A stretch of DNA of 64,000 bases from the NCBI GenBank assembly GCA_951406725.2, contig OX597816.1, positions 107,074,001 through 107,138,000 on the forward strand. The letters run 5' to 3'. Shown here piece after piece: positions 1 through 17,441 of this stretch. The position numbers were made by a program, and so were the translations under genes. The notes under the pieces were generated by a model. It saw only the letters and a list, made by a program, of their open reading frames with translations. It searched no databases and was not told the DNA's origin. This DNA is from Octopus vulgaris (Eukaryota). How positions within the stretch are numbered: position 1 is the stretch's first letter; each line of letters opens with the position of its first letter.

Positions 1-145
1 ATCTTTCCTTCTTTCCTGAGCGTCCAATAATACTATATTTGTTCCACGTCCTTGCGTTGTTGTGTTTTTTTGTGCTTTCATGTTTGGATTAACTTCATAT
101 ACATATATACATACATTCATACATATACATACACGCATGGATACA

Positions 146-420
146 TGAATGACCATGAAATTGCACCTAGAAAGTTACCCTCTGAGGCACAAGTCCGAGC
201 AAGGTTGTTTATGGAAGACCAGCAGTTACGCATGCATACCAACCTCCCCTCTCCACGCCACCGATGTTACCCAAGGGAAAGGCAACTCATTTCTACAGCT
301 GAGTGAACTGGAGAAACGTGAAATAAAGTGTCTTGATCAAGAACACAACACAACTGCCCGGTCCAGGAACGGAACTCACTTCTTCATGATTGTAAGCCCG
401 ACGCTCTAAACACTGAGCCA
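146..420 (-). mobile_element. tRNA-derived CORE-like SINE (family C), partial
   Basis: Minus strand reads TGGCTCAGTGTTTAGAGCGTCGGGCTTACAATC..GAGTTCCGTTCC (A/B-box-like head), then a CORE-like tract (TTGTGTTCTTGATCAAGACACTTTATTTCAC..CAGTTCACTCAGCTGTAGAAATGAG). A homologous copy lies at ~52930-53250. Confidence 0.75.
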
Positions 421-1699
421 CATAGAATAATCAACTCTGCGCCAAACACGAGTTGCGCTTGGGCAAGACATAACATAAACCATTTAGAGTACGTAGCTGG
501 TGCAAGTTTCGAAAAGCTGATGTCATCTAGACTTTTACAAGGAGACATGTCTCAGTTAGCGAGAACCCACAATTTGCAGGAAGGGTATGCAACTCCTGTG
601 AGTATCAACTAATGCGAATCGGAAGGGACCGAGTAGTTATCCGGCCAAAATTTAAATTAGTTTATTTTAGAAGTATAATGTGTTTTGTTAGGTTTTCAAT
701 ATTTTTGCTTCATTCTTGCCTGATATTTGCTCTATGTTTTGGCATTTTTGTAGCACTGTATTTTATTTGTCACCATAGGCGCAGGAGTGGCTGTGTGGTT
801 AGTAGCTTACTAACCTAACTGATTGAAGAGTTCGCATTTTTCATGCAGCTTGAAAGTCACGTCTTGCGACGTGAAAATTGGACATTTTGGAAGCATGACT
901 ACAGACAGGCGTTTGTTGTTTTTTGAGGGCTTAGTGGAGTTTGTTGCCCTGTATTGAATAGCTTTTTGGTGAGCAACGGTCTCCACTCTGCTCCAGACAT
1001 TTGCTTGCCTGTGGTCGTCCATAAAGACTCACTTTGCAGCAAGAATTGTGTTTTTAAGGAGGCGTAGCTCCTCCACAAAAATTAATTTGTTTACAAAAAT
1101 TGTCTTCGTGTCTGAGAATTTCCACTGGATTACCAAGGCAGGAACGACTATTTTTGCAAGGTGGACGTGAGTGTGTTGGCTCTGTCCAATATTGAACTGA
1201 AAGAAAAAAAGAACAACATCAGCAGAAGACCGTAGAGGTAGGTAGATCTTTTTTCGGTTGAGCTGGGTGTAATTTGTCAAATAGTAATTGTTTGTATGTT
1301 GATAAATTTCGCCCAGCTCTGTGGCAATTCTGCCTGCTGTCGGGGGCTGCTGTTTGTTGTTTTTTGTATTGGAAAAAATATGGGGGGGGGGGGGGCTATC
1401 TTCGCCCGAACTCACTGGATTCTGCCATTGAAACTTGTTGAAGTTGGCCAGGAGTACCTGTTGGGCATTGATGTTTGTTGTGTGAACTGTTTTTCTTTTC
1501 TCTATCCTTCTGTTTTTTTCTTTCTTTTTGGAGCTGTTTTTGCGTTTCTTTTGAATTTTATTTTTTATTCATTTTTTGAACTAACTTGTTCTTTTTAAAA
1601 CTAACTTGTTATTTTTTATTCATTTTTTAAACTAACTTGTTCTTTTGGGACTTGTTAATTTATTGGGACTTTCCTTCTTCTTTTGAATTGATTTTTAAC

Positions 1700-2741
1700 A
1701 TGGCAAATGCAAAAAGTGCCTTAGAATGAGAGGTGATCCCACCTAAGCAATGGATTGAAAGCCTTGAGAGAAGAACGGTAGTACTACGGACCTATTCTAG
1801 GTCGCGTGACCCTTCGACAAGGGTATTATAAATAAAGAGCTGGCAAAATGCTTGCCAGCCAAAAATTATTATGTAATCAGGGGTGTCAAATACGCCACGG
1901 TATGGCTACTTTTCGACACTCCTGAGGAGGCTTGAACTGTGGCAGGCCAGCCCCTGGAAGGGGAGGAGATTTTGTTTCTTCCCACATATCGTGGGAAGAA
2001 GGTGATAAGGGCCTGGGTATGTGATCTTCCCTCGGGCACCGAAGCGGGGTGGATTGCAGATGCCATCCAGCGGGGCCTGGGGGATAGCGGGCCCAGGCTT
2101 TTAAATATAGAGATAAAGCGTGCGGTTGACTGGGAGGGTGCAAAGGCAACTTTGACCCTATGGACCCCAGTGCCCGCGGATGAAATGACTTTCCCTGACT
2201 TTTTTAAAATGGATGGTTCAAGGTATCCAGTGATACTTGAGGGTCACCCCCCATGTGTCACTCGTGCCTGGAGTTAGGCCATATTAAGAAGGACTTCCCA
2301 CAGGGCCGTAGTAAGGTCCCGCAGCAGGGAAAGGTGAAGGTGTCCTCCGCTCTCCCATTGCAGGGAGAAACGGCGGAAGTCGTTGAGGCCAATGCCTCAA
2401 CGAGAAGGAAAAGAAAGGTGAGCAACCATTGTTGCTCCCCAACAGACGCGCAGGTTGTGAGAGAGGAGGAGGACCCGCCTCCGGGTGTGCCGGTGAAGGC
2501 TCCGACTCCCGCACCCTTAAGAAGGAAGAGAAACGGGAGACGGTCGGCGAATATCACTGTGCCGCCGACTGAATCCGATGCTCCTCTGGTAGAAGGTGTG
2601 CCACCGGAGCGAGAGGCTCTGTCAGTGGGAATTATGCCACTGACAGAGCGGGCTGAGGCCCCTCCCCTTGCTCGATTTCCTCGTCGCTTCGTACTTCCAC
2701 CTCCCCTACTGATATCTGGTAGGAAATCACTCGTCGTTTAG
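1700..2741 (+). pseudogene. Disrupted ORF1 (gag-like) of a Tx1/L1-clade non-LTR retrotransposon
   Basis: ATG at 1700, then stops and frameshifts. Segments GSRYPVILEGHPP and CHSCLELGHIKKDFP form a CX2CX4HX4C zinc knuckle with the last Cys lost, followed by a basic, Pro-rich tail. This layout is typical of Tx1-type ORF1. Confidence 0.7.
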
Positions 2742-2958
2742 GTAAATCACTCTTTCAAAGGGAGACGGATGTAATAGTAGTCATTTTACCCACTTTTCTT
2801 CGTGCCAATGTTAGAGAGGTTCTGGAAACGGATCATAGGTGCTGCTTCAGCCAAAATGAAGTAGAATTCAACATTTCATTGACTACATAAAAAATAACAC
2901 AATTAGTAAATGAAAATAATGAGAAAAAATACTTTCCCTACCCTCAAAAGAAAATAAC

Positions 2959-3484
2959 TGTAGCGGTAGCTAGATAGTTGAATGATCTCCCTTGCAAGAA
3001 AGATTGTAGAGTAACCTCCCTTTATTAAGTTTCTCGAAGCATCTGTGTCATGAGACGTGATTCTTAATTATTCAAGAAGTTTAGCATTTCTCTTAGAAGT
3101 TTCTAGAATGTCTAGCGTTCCATTAATAAAAATAGCTTGCTAACCCAGCTCTTTGCTTCTTAGACGATTAGACTTAGAGCTATTCACGTCATTGCTATGT
3201 CCGCCTATTTCTCCATGCCACATGACTGAAAACTACCACTTAGCTGTTATTTCTATATTTCCAATCTCTGAACTTTCTTGCATAGATTTCTTCATTCAAG
3301 TAGATTCTACATTTTGATTATGTATCATCATCGACCAGTAAATAAAATATATTTTTATGTAGTAACTATATAGTTCTTGAATTTATTCTTCATCTCTTTA
3401 TGAACTCTTGTAATAATAAACCCGCAGCTATATCAACACCTGGTACTAAATATATATTCCCACTGCATAAATTGGTGATCCTGC
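2959..3484 (+). mobile_element. LTR (Gypsy-like) followed by a PBS-like sequence
   Basis: Termini TGTAGCGG (2959) and CCACTGCA (3467) are imperfect inverted TG...CA ends. AATAAA occurs internally. It is followed by TAAAT-TGGTGATCCTGCG, resembling a TGG-initiated primer-binding site. Confidence 0.55.
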
Positions 3485-3598
3485 GAATAAACATAATACC
3501 CCCTCAACAGAAAATAAAATATAAGGAAACAAAACATCGGTTCTTTATGTGTACGCAGCAATAAAGGCGATGGGTAACAGAATCATGGCTGGTAGAAC

Positions 3599-4021
3599 AA
3601 GCGCCGGATTAAGACCCATCGAGGCCCTAAGCACTTAAATGATTTTGGTACCATAAAAGATTATGTAATTCAAAATATAAACAATAACAAACCATAAAAT
3701 AAATTTTTATTTTTCAAAACAAAACAAAACAGTAAGAGGGAAAATTATGTTTATTTTTGTATACTTCCACTTTATTTATATTTGAAAAGTTTCCTCCTAC
3801 GTTTTTGAATTGCAAAGTCTTTGCTCAGGTCTTCAAAATTAATCTTTGGTAATACATCTAAATCAATACTTAGTGGAGATAAAGGCATCCTGAATATTAT
3901 TTTAGCAAGTTTAAAGTGATTTCATTCGTGCCGTAAACCATTTACCATTTCTGTGGTGCCCCTGCCTTCCCTTGATGCCCTAAGCACGTGCTTATTTTGG
4001 TTAATGGTTAATCCAGCGCTG
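3599..4021 (-). mobile_element. Non-autonomous hAT element nested in a SINE
   Basis: TIRs AAGCGCCGGATTAA / TTAATCCAGCGCTG. Exact 8-bp TSD GGTAGAAC at 3591-3598 and 4022-4029. Minus-strand remnant LSIDLDVLPKINFEDLSKDFAIQK resembles the hAT transposase C-terminus. The flanks rejoin into a degenerate family-B SINE (~3565-4180). Confidence 0.85.
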
Positions 4022-4240
4022 GGTAGAACGAGGGACACAATGTTTTGTAGTGTTTAATTACATCCCCTTTACGTTTTTAGTTCAAATCCCGCCAGGAGTT
4101 GATATTACCTTTCATTATTCAGTGGCCGATGAAATAAAGTATCAGTCAATAGCAATGATTGATATAATCAATATACTAATTACGTGACGTTGGCTTTCTG
4201 TTAAAAATTCCTATATTTTAAGAAGTTATATAAAGTAAAT

Positions 4241-4530
4241 GGAGGCGCAATGACCCAGGTGTTAGGGCATCGGACTCGCGGTTGTAGGATCGCGGTTTCG
4301 ATTCCCAGATCGGGCGTTGTGAAAACACCTAAAGCTCCACGAGGCTCCGGCAGGGGGTGGGTGGCGATCCCTGCTGTACTCTTTCGCCACAACTTTCTCT
4401 CAATCTTTCTTCTGTAGGCCTGCTCGCTTAGCCAGCGGGGTGGCGTCATTTGAAGGCTAAAACAATGCGAAGCGCATTGTGACCAGCGATGTGTAGCAAC
4501 ATTTCATAGCCTCGTCGGTCACGTGACGTG
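4241..4530 (+). mobile_element. tRNA-derived SINE (family D)
   Basis: Head GGAGGCGCAATGACCCAGGTGTTAGGGC..GGTTTCGATTCCC with A/B boxes. Homologous to the inverted copy at 5299-5679. Confidence 0.75.
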
Positions 4531-5222
4531 ATATAAAGTAAATAATGTATAACATTTCAAACTTCTATTTTGTCTACAAATTCTGATAGTCAGACACTCA
4601 ATCATTCATCGCTTCCTGTAGAAATAAAAAAAATCCTAAGCAAAGCTTTTGTTGTTGTTAGTTGTCATGACAACTTTAGAGGAAAAAACCCCCAAAACAA
4701 CAGCAACAAAAACACAACAAAACCTGTCAAAACTAAAACACGACGTCGCGACTAACAATCATAATCTGCTACCGTCGCAATAATGGTTTGCCATGCTTAT
4801 TGTATTTGTTAACTATGAGATTTCTTGGATTATAATAATTTCTTAGATGTTTAGAGAATGGAATAAAAGACACTTGCATAATGGTAAATATGCAACATAA
4901 TCTCTAACTCTCATGTCTATTTCACTAATGTCTGATTTGACTGGATTTATAGTTTAAAGATGAAAAAGAAGCAAAAAAAGAAGAAAAAAAGAAAAAGAGA
5001 CAGAAAGAAATGAGAAACAAAAAGAGTATAATTTTTGAAGGCTTTTCAAGATAATCTTTCGTGTACTTTATTCCATTTTCATTCCGGTTCTATATAACCT
5101 TTGTGTGTTTATCGCAGAATTGTCTTCAACACGCGCGCGCGCACACACACACATTCGTATACACACTCACCATACTTATATAGAGACAATTCATTAATCT
5201 AGTGAATGCATGTTAATGCACT

Positions 5223-5298
<76 letters not shown>

Positions 5299-5302
<4 letters not shown>

Positions 5303-5679
5303 GTAGCACTCCGTCGGTTACGACGATGCTGGTTCCAGTTGAACCGATCAACGGAACATACTACTCGTGAAATTAACGTGCAAGTGGTTGAGCACTTCAC
5401 AGACACTAGTATCCTTAACGTAGTTTTCAGAGAGATTAAGCGTGACACAGAGTGTGACAAGGCTGGCCCTTCGAAATACATGTACAACAGAAATGGGGAA
5501 GAAAGAGTGAGAGAAAGTTGTGGTGAAAGAGTACAGCAGGGTTCGCCACGACCTCCTGCTTTAAAGTCCTCGTGGACTTTAGATGTTTTCGCTCAATAAA
5601 CACTCATAACGTCCGGGAATCAAAACCGCGATCCTACGACCGCGTGTCCGCTGCCCTAACTACTGGGCCATTGCGCCTC
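5299..5679 (-). mobile_element. tRNA-derived SINE (family D)
   Basis: Ends ..CCCTAACTACTGGGCCATTGCGCCTC, the reverse complement of the head at 4241. Shares the AAAGTTGTGGTGAAAGAGTACAGCAGGG body. Confidence 0.75.
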
Positions 5680-6839
5680 AACACACACACACTGCATTGT
5701 AATGGATATATTTATGCGCATGATATGCATGCTGATGGATGTGTGTGTGTGAATGTATAGTTCTTTTTTGGAAAGATCTCAAAGTACATTACATAAAACT
5801 ATAAATAATAGCATGTAAATATTATGTTGGAAAACTGGTTTGGATAAAAAAAAATTACGGTTACCCGCGAAACACAAACCCACATATGTTAAAGGAAATA
5901 AACTTGAACAAAGTACCTAATACGAAAAGTTAGAAATTAGAAATTCATAACCAAGTGGTTAGTGCATCAGGTTTACGATCGTAAGTAAGGTCATGGGGTC
6001 GGTTTCTGGACCGAGTTGCGCGTTGTGTCCTTGAGTAAGGAATTTCATTTTACGTTGCGCTAGTCTACTTGATTGAAATTCTCCCGCAGTTTTAACCTCT
6101 AGCAACTGTTGCGCCTAGCTGTACAAACACACACACATCTATACACTCCGAAGGCATGAGCGTAAGACAGCGTAACATGGAATAAGTTACTCGTAGGATA
6201 TGCATGTAACGGTAGTCTCTCGTAGTCCTAGAAAGACGGTTCTTCAATTTTTTCCTGAACAACCTGCACAGATGAGTTATCAGATCTTTGTATCGTACAT
6301 AAGCTCTGTCCTTCCATCAAATCAACAATGCTACATGGTGTGCCACGCGTCAAATGTCGAAGAGATCACGGAAGAGCGTGAGATAACGTGTTTTGCTTAA
6401 GAACACAACGCACCACCAGTACTAAGAAACGAACCCACAATCTCGCGATAGTGAGTGTAACACCCTAACCACTAGGCCACGCGTGCATAAATACATACAT
6501 ATATGGACACATACATACAAACACTCATTTGTACATATATGTAAACATGAATACACGTACACCCACAAAGACACCCGCGCCCCGCACACACATACACCGA
6601 CATATGTACACAGATTTTTGTACAACCACATATACATACACCTATTCGTATATGTACACATCAAATAAAAATGCTATTATATAGAGTATATACATATTTA
6701 CATCCGTACCCACACTGTGTATGCACATCTATATATAAAAAAAACTTTGTATTATTTCGTGTACTCATACAAATACGAACGTATACACATACACACACTC
6801 AAACACATACACAAACACATAAACATATATACATACATA

Positions 6840-9430
<2,591 letters not shown>

Positions 9431-10507
9431 ACTTTGATACTTTGATACTTTGATAGGTTTCGGCCATTATTGGCCCAGGCCATGTCTAACTTAATAGCAC
9501 CACCTGGTGAAGTCTTTCAAGTCAGAATTTGGGCACTATGGCCCACTCAAGTAGAGAGTTATTGTTTACAGAGACATATCCGGGTGTAGGGGGTTTATCC
9601 GGGATTTCTTGAAGGAATCTGTCCAAAGACTTCTTGAACCCTATAGGGTCAGTTTCTGTTTTAATGTGTTTTGGTGTAATGTTAAAGAGAGCGGGGCCAA
9701 CTGAGGTGAAATAATTGTGCCGTATTGTTGTTATGAGATGAGAGTGCGATTTTTGTTTTGGGCGGATGGCACGGGGCCCAAGCCTTGGATGTACCTTAAA
9801 GGTGATGCCAACATCATTTGGGCAATGCTGATGGAATATTTTCCACATCATGCAGATGATGTAGCGCTCACAACGACGTTGAAAAGAATAGAGTTTTAGC
9901 TTTTCTAGTCGACCCCAATAGTCGAGGCCTGTCATGCCATCTATCTTTTTTGTGATTGCCCTTTGAGGTGCTTCGACTTTTATGATACCTTGTATTGTGT
10001 GGGGAGACCACAGTGGACAACAGTATTCAAGGTGGGGTCGGGCAAAAGTGGAGAAGAGAAGGATAATGGTCTGGATATCTCTCGACTGGAAAGTTCTGAG
10101 AATCCAGGAACACATTCTGCGGGCCATGTCAACTTTGGTGTTTATATGAGTGGCCCAGCTTACGTTGTTGTCCACAATTACTCCCAAGTCTCTGATGTTG
10201 TTGGACGCCGCGAGAGTTTCACCTGAAGGAAGGGAGTATGGGAGTTTCAGGGCATCCTCTTTTCCAAAGTGGATTAGCTCAAATTTATCCTCGTTCAGCA
10301 GCATATTGTTTTTTTCTGCCCATTGGATAACAGCCAGTAGATCTGACTGAAGGCATGTCCGGTCACTCTGCCTCATTTATGACCTTCTGTATGGAGTCAT
10401 CTGCAAAGATTTTTATGTTGCTGTGCTTGATGATGTCATTAATATCATTAATGTAAATGATGAAAAGAAGTGGGCCCAGCACAGTGCCTTGCGGAACGCC
10501 ACTACTG
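9431..10507 (-). mobile_element. 5'-truncated CR1/L2-type LINE (RT C-terminal half, 3'UTR, (ATCAAAGT)n tail), copy 1
   Basis: Minus-strand [53 protein letters not shown] are RT motifs. Stop at 9522. Tandem 8-mer tail at ~9431-9454. Embedded in (TA)n. Confidence 0.93.
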
Positions 10508-10621
10508 TATATATATATATATGTATATATATATATGTATATATATATATGTATATATATATATGTATATATATATATGTATATGTATATATATATGTAT
10601 ATATATATGTATATATATATG

Positions 10622-10674
<53 letters not shown>

Positions 10675-11287
10675 GTATATATATATATGTATATATATGT
10701 ATATATATATATGTATGTATATATATATATGTATGTATATATATATATGTATATATATATGTGTATATATATATATGTATATATATATATATGTATATAT
10801 ATTTATGTATATATATATATATGTATATATATATATGTATATATAACGTCGGATGTAATCAATTGAACCACACGCGTATTTATCGTTATGGTAAAATCTG
10901 GCGTGTGATTGAGTGGATTTCATCCAGATAGTTTTGGCTGACGAGCTACAAGTGGATTTTTTTGTAAGTAAAATTACATATAATTCATTAATAGCGAAAC
11001 AATTGTCCCAAAATAATCTGTATTTTTGTTATTTTTTATTTGCCCTGTCCGTGTGAGCTAACAATCGTACTGACTTTCATGGGAAACATGTATTTTTGTG
11101 GTTGAAACCTTTTGGATTAACTGGTGCTAGAGTGAGCCATATAGTGACCACTCTCTTATATTTATTTTGTAAAAATATTATAATATATTATAAAATATTA
11201 TAATAATCCAGGTTTCTCGAGCACTAGGCCACTTGGTGTTGAATAGATATACTATTAAATTAGTATCTAATTCTCTCACCCTTATTA

Positions 11288-11337
<50 letters not shown>

Positions 11338-11380
11338 GTATATATATATATGTATATATATATGTATATATATATATATG

Positions 11381-11716
<336 letters not shown>

Positions 11717-11717
11717 G

Positions 11718-11752
<35 letters not shown>

Positions 11753-11753
11753 G

Positions 11754-11788
<35 letters not shown>

Positions 11789-11815
11789 GTATATATATAT
11801 ATGTATATATATATG

Positions 11816-11962
<147 letters not shown>

Positions 11963-12041
11963 ATATATATATGTATATATATATATGTATATATATATAT
12001 GTATATATATATATGTATGTATGTATATATATATGTATATA

Positions 12042-12108
<67 letters not shown>

Positions 12109-12152
12109 ATATGTGTGTGTGTATATGTATATATATATATTATATATATATG

Positions 12153-12187
<35 letters not shown>

Positions 12188-12242
12188 GTATATATATATG
12201 TATATATATATGTATATATATATGTATATATATATGTATATA

Positions 12243-13318
12243 CTTTGATACTTTGATACTTTGATAGGTTTCGGCCATTATTGGCCCAGGCCATGTCTAA
12301 CTTAATAGCACCACCTGGTGAAGTCTTTCAAGTCAGAATTTGGGCACTATGGCCCACTCAAGTAGAGAGTTATTGTTTACAGAGACATATCCGGGTGTAG
12401 GGGGTTTATCCGGGATTTCTTGAAGGAATCTGTCCAAAGACTTCTTGAACCCTATAGGGTCAGTTTCTGTTTTAATGTGTTTTGGTGTAATGTTAAAGAG
12501 AGCGGGGCCAACTGAGGTGAAATAATTGTGCCGTATTGTTGTTATGAGATGAGAGTGCGATTTTTGTTTTGGGCGGATGGCACGGGGCCCAAGCCTTGGA
12601 TGTACCTTAAAGGTGATGCCAACATCATTTGGGCAATGCTGATGGAATATTTTCCACATCATGCAGATGATGTAGCGCTCACAACGACGTTGAAAAGAAT
12701 AGAGTTTTAGCTTTTCTAGTCGACCCCAATAGTCGAGGCCTGTCATGCCATCTATCTTTTTTGTGATTGCCCTTTGAGGTGCTTCGACTTTTATGATACC
12801 TTGTATTGTGTGGGGAGACCACAGTGGACAACAGTATTCAAGGTGGGGTCGGGCAAAAGTGGAGAAGAGAAGGATAATGGTCTGGATATCTCTCGACTGG
12901 AAAGTTCTGAGAATCCAGGAACACATTCTGCGGGCCATGTCAACTTTGGTGTTTATATGAGTGGCCCAGCTTACGTTGTTGTCCACAATTACTCCCAAGT
13001 CTCTGATGTTGTTGGACGCCGCGAGAGTTTCACCTGAAGGAAGGGAGTATGGGAGTTTCAGGGCATCCTCTTTTCCAAAGTGGATTAGCTCAAATTTATC
13101 CTGTTCAGCAGCATATTGTTTTTTTCTGCCCATTGGATAACAGCCAGTAGATCTGACTGAAGGCATGTCCGGTCACTCGCCTCATTTATGACCTTCTGTA
13201 GCTTGGAGTCATCTGCAAAGATTTTTATGTTGCTGTGCTTGATGATGTCATTAATGTCATTAATGTAAATGATGAAAAGAAGTGGGCCCAGCACAGTGCC
13301 TTGCGGAACGCCACTACT
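12243..13318 (-). mobile_element. 5'-truncated CR1/L2-type LINE, copy 2
   Basis: Nearly base-identical to 9431-10507, with the same truncation point and tail. It differs mainly by a few small indels near 13100-13205. Confidence 0.93.
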
Positions 13319-13319
13319 G

Positions 13320-13438
<119 letters not shown>

Positions 13439-14123
13439 GTATATATATATATGTATATATATATATGTATATATATATATGTATATATATGTATATATAT
13501 ATATGTATGTATATATATATATCCAGTATATATATATTATGGCTGACGAGCTACAAGTGGATATATATATATGTAAGTAAATATATATTTATATTCATTT
13601 ATGAAATATATATATCCCAAAATAATGTATATATATATATGTATATGCCCTGTCCGTGATGTAATCAATTGTACTGACTTTCACACATGTATTTATCGTT
13701 ATGGTTGAAATCTGGCGTGTGATTGAGTGGATTTCATCCAGATAGTTATAGTGACCACTACAAGTGGATTTTTTGTAAGTAAAATTACATTATAATTCAT
13801 TAATAAAATATTGTCCCAATAATCCAGGTTTCTGTATTTTTGAATAGATATACTTTAAATTAGTATCTGCCCTGTCCGTGTGAGCTAACAATCGTACTTA
13901 CTTTATATATATATATGTATTATATTGTGGTTGAAACCTTTTGGATATATATATGCTAGAGTGAGCCATATAGTGACCACTATCTTATATTTATATTTGT
14001 AAAAATATTATAATATATTATAAAATATTATAATAATCCAGGTTTCTCGACATATATGTATATACTTGGTGTTATATATATACTATTAAATTATATCTAA
14101 TTCTATCATATGTATATTATATG

Positions 14124-14212
<89 letters not shown>

Positions 14213-14219
14213 GTATATA

Positions 14220-14360
<141 letters not shown>

Positions 14361-14557
14361 GGAGAATTCACGAAAAAAAAAACAACAACAAAAGACGAAG
14401 ACAGGTGGTGTAGAAAACAAACAGATGTATTAGTATAACGCTCGGAAATTGAAAAAAGTCTTTAACGTTTCGAGCCTACGCTTTTCCACGGAAAGGAACA
14501 CAGAAAGAAACAAGGAGGGAAAAAAATGTATGTAGTGTCTACCGATCTATCATGGCG

Positions 14558-14613
<56 letters not shown>

Positions 14614-15454
14614 ATATATACACATTTACATAAATCAAACTACATACCGATAGAAAGAAAAACCGTGAAAATAGTGAAAGACAATAATAAAATCTTATAA
14701 AGAAAACGAAATATACGTCGCAGGTCAGCAAGTGTTGCAATCAGATAGTAACATAGTGATAAGAAAACAAAGACTTCGCACAAGAAGCGCTAAACGTAAA
14801 GTAAAAGTTAATGAGTATTATGTGAAAACAAAGGAGAAAATAATGGATATTAAGTTGTCTTATTTAACTAATGGAATCGTCAGGATTTATTATATAAGAA
14901 GGCTTTTCTTTGCCTATGTCTCCATCTCGTAATCAACCCGTCAAATGTATTAAGAATATTACCTTTGCAATTCATGATTGGTATTATTTCAGCGATACAT
15001 AGCAAATAGCGATTACTAGATCCTGTATACGACATAGCCCCGTGTACAATGGCCAAGCTAATGAATACATCTAATGCCATTATTGATAAGCTCAATATTA
15101 ACAAATCTTGGAATGTGTACTTGAACTGTAGTATTGTTGAGTGTAAATCCGATAAGTCCCATTCTATATATACTTCTATAAACTGATGATTAAAAGGAAA
15201 TTAAGAACGTATGAATGTAATGTTGTAAATCCATCTCTTGATAATATTTATAATGATTATAATGGAAATACTACCCTAAATTTGAAACTGATTTTAAGAA
15301 TAATGATAATTACAATCTTGGTAAATATAAGAGAATGGTAAAGAAAATGAAGAATCCTATTACCTTCTACTTGATATAGCATCTAATAAAGAATCAATAC
15401 TTCATAGAATTCATGGAGCTATTCCCCCACCCCAAATAGTATTCTTAATTCTGC

Positions 15455-16320
15455 TACGTATAAGAGGAAAAGGGTAAGGCAAAGGGAGATAACCTGGTAT
15501 GATCCACCCTTCGCTTTGAACGTTAATCATATTCTTTGCTGCGTTAGAAAGAAACTTCCCTCCCTCAAGTAATTTATAGAAAAATATTCAACACCTACAC
15601 TCATACTCCACTAGGTATAACTTAGTCAATTTGATAGCTCTGATTAATAATAAAAGACTTAAATGTATGCTCTAGAATTATATGGTGGTGGTGATGGGGG
15701 GGGGGGGGTTCACTCCGATCTGAATCTAAACCCTTACTGGGTTATCATAGGAACTATTGCAGCCATGAAAGCGCTGTAGATTGTAATTATAATTTCAGTG
15801 TTGAAAATCGTTCAGGCTATACTGGATCCTTGCCTCACTGTAAGTAATAGTACTACATATAATTCGAGTGGTCACCTGTTGACATCTCTTGGTAATAATA
15901 AAATTGAACTATATAATAATCATGTGTTATACTACGATGGTACGTTGACCATGTCCTTAAAATAGATTTAGTGTGCCACAATATTTGTGGTAGCATGAAT
16001 GGAGACACCAATATAATTGGGTTAATAGTGATATAACCTTGGATCATGATAGTGTATACCGTAATATATACAAGTGTGTGAGAAACGTGCAATTGTAAGC
16101 GTCCTGCTAATTATGCTTTGGAAAGAAAGTGCTTGACTAATAGTATAGCATATAGGTGCGTGTGATTACTACACAAATCTAATTAAATTTAAATAGATGC
16201 AGCGAGCACAGATTTTAAGGTCTACTTGCGTAATCACCTTAGAAGTTTTAGATCTGAGGGTAAGGCAGGTATTATGTCATTATCTGTAAAAATTTGGGAA
16301 TTAAAGCAGTAGGGTATAGG
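15455..16320 (+). pseudogene. Decayed Penelope-like element (RT-to-endonuclease linker and GIY-YIG domain)
   Basis: KRKRVRQREITWYDPPFALNV (~15460-15525) and LERNFPPSSNL..KIFN match the Penelope linker pattern. ETCNCKRPANYALERKCLTNSIAYRC and ASTDFKVYLRNHLRSFR..LSVKIWELK (~16080-16310) match the Penelope GIY-YIG region. Confidence 0.75.
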
Positions 16321-17410
16321 TTTGTTTTGTTTCTCGAAAGATGTAATTTAATTACATTTGAAGGTAATAAATATTTTTCTCTTGAAGATTAATATTCATT
16401 TCATCATTTCGATAAAAGTTAAATTACATTTATCGGATGTATGTTATATTTTCTGATATTACACCCATAGTGGCAAAAGTATACTTCCAAATTTCGTTTT
16501 TGGATTTGGTTTGCAAGATTCTTTATATGAGAGTCAAGACTATTGAAAAGGTTGCAGGACGCAACGAAAACTTTAGGAAAATAAAAATAAGAAATAAGTG
16601 GAAATTTTACCGGTGAGTGTGTTACATTATAAGGCACAAAAAGAAAATGACTCTCTCCAGACACAACAGAATATACTTCCAGAGTCACCCGTCTCATAAC
16701 AGTAATGCTCATTACAGCTCGTTCAAATAAAGAAGAAAATACTAATCTACGTGGTTTCACTTGCTAGAAACAACAACCAAATCTCTCTCAAAGAACACTC
16801 CACTATCTTAAAATGAAGTAAAGACATATTGAATAATGTAATCTTGGATCCAATGTACTTGAAACGAAAAATAAACTGGTGTGATGGTTACGGCTGGATT
16901 GTATTTTTTCATATCATAGAGCTTCTCAAACATGGATGACATGGGATGAAATAACAATAAAAGCCAAGAACAACGACTAAAGAAAAAGAAAAAAAACGTG
17001 CTGTGAAGCATAAGTAGAAAAGACAAATAACACAAAAAGTGAAGAATATATATCGTACTTCAAGCTTCTTTGTCTGAGGATGTTTGCTTATGTATGCTGC
17101 GCTTATGAGGTGCATCTATGGATTACATCTATGGTGTAACATCATGTGCTACCGAATTCTGAAACATATGTAACAGATGAAATTATGTAGTAGCATGTTC
17201 AAGCATATGTTCATTTCTCTCTTACTATATACACACAGATATACGCACACATATGCACTGATGTACACAACACACACATATATACATATATATATATACA
17301 TCCAACAACCCATCTATCCATCCATACATACATACATACGCACACACACATATATGTATGTATAAACGAATGCATCTATATATGCACACGCGCGTGTGTA
17401 TGCGTGTGTT

Positions 17411-17441
<31 letters not shown>

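Noticed and set aside
4241-4320. tRNA gene (also other SINE heads)
   Set aside because: A/B-box-like heads run on into SINE bodies present in multiple copies, and no convincing cloverleaf is seen.
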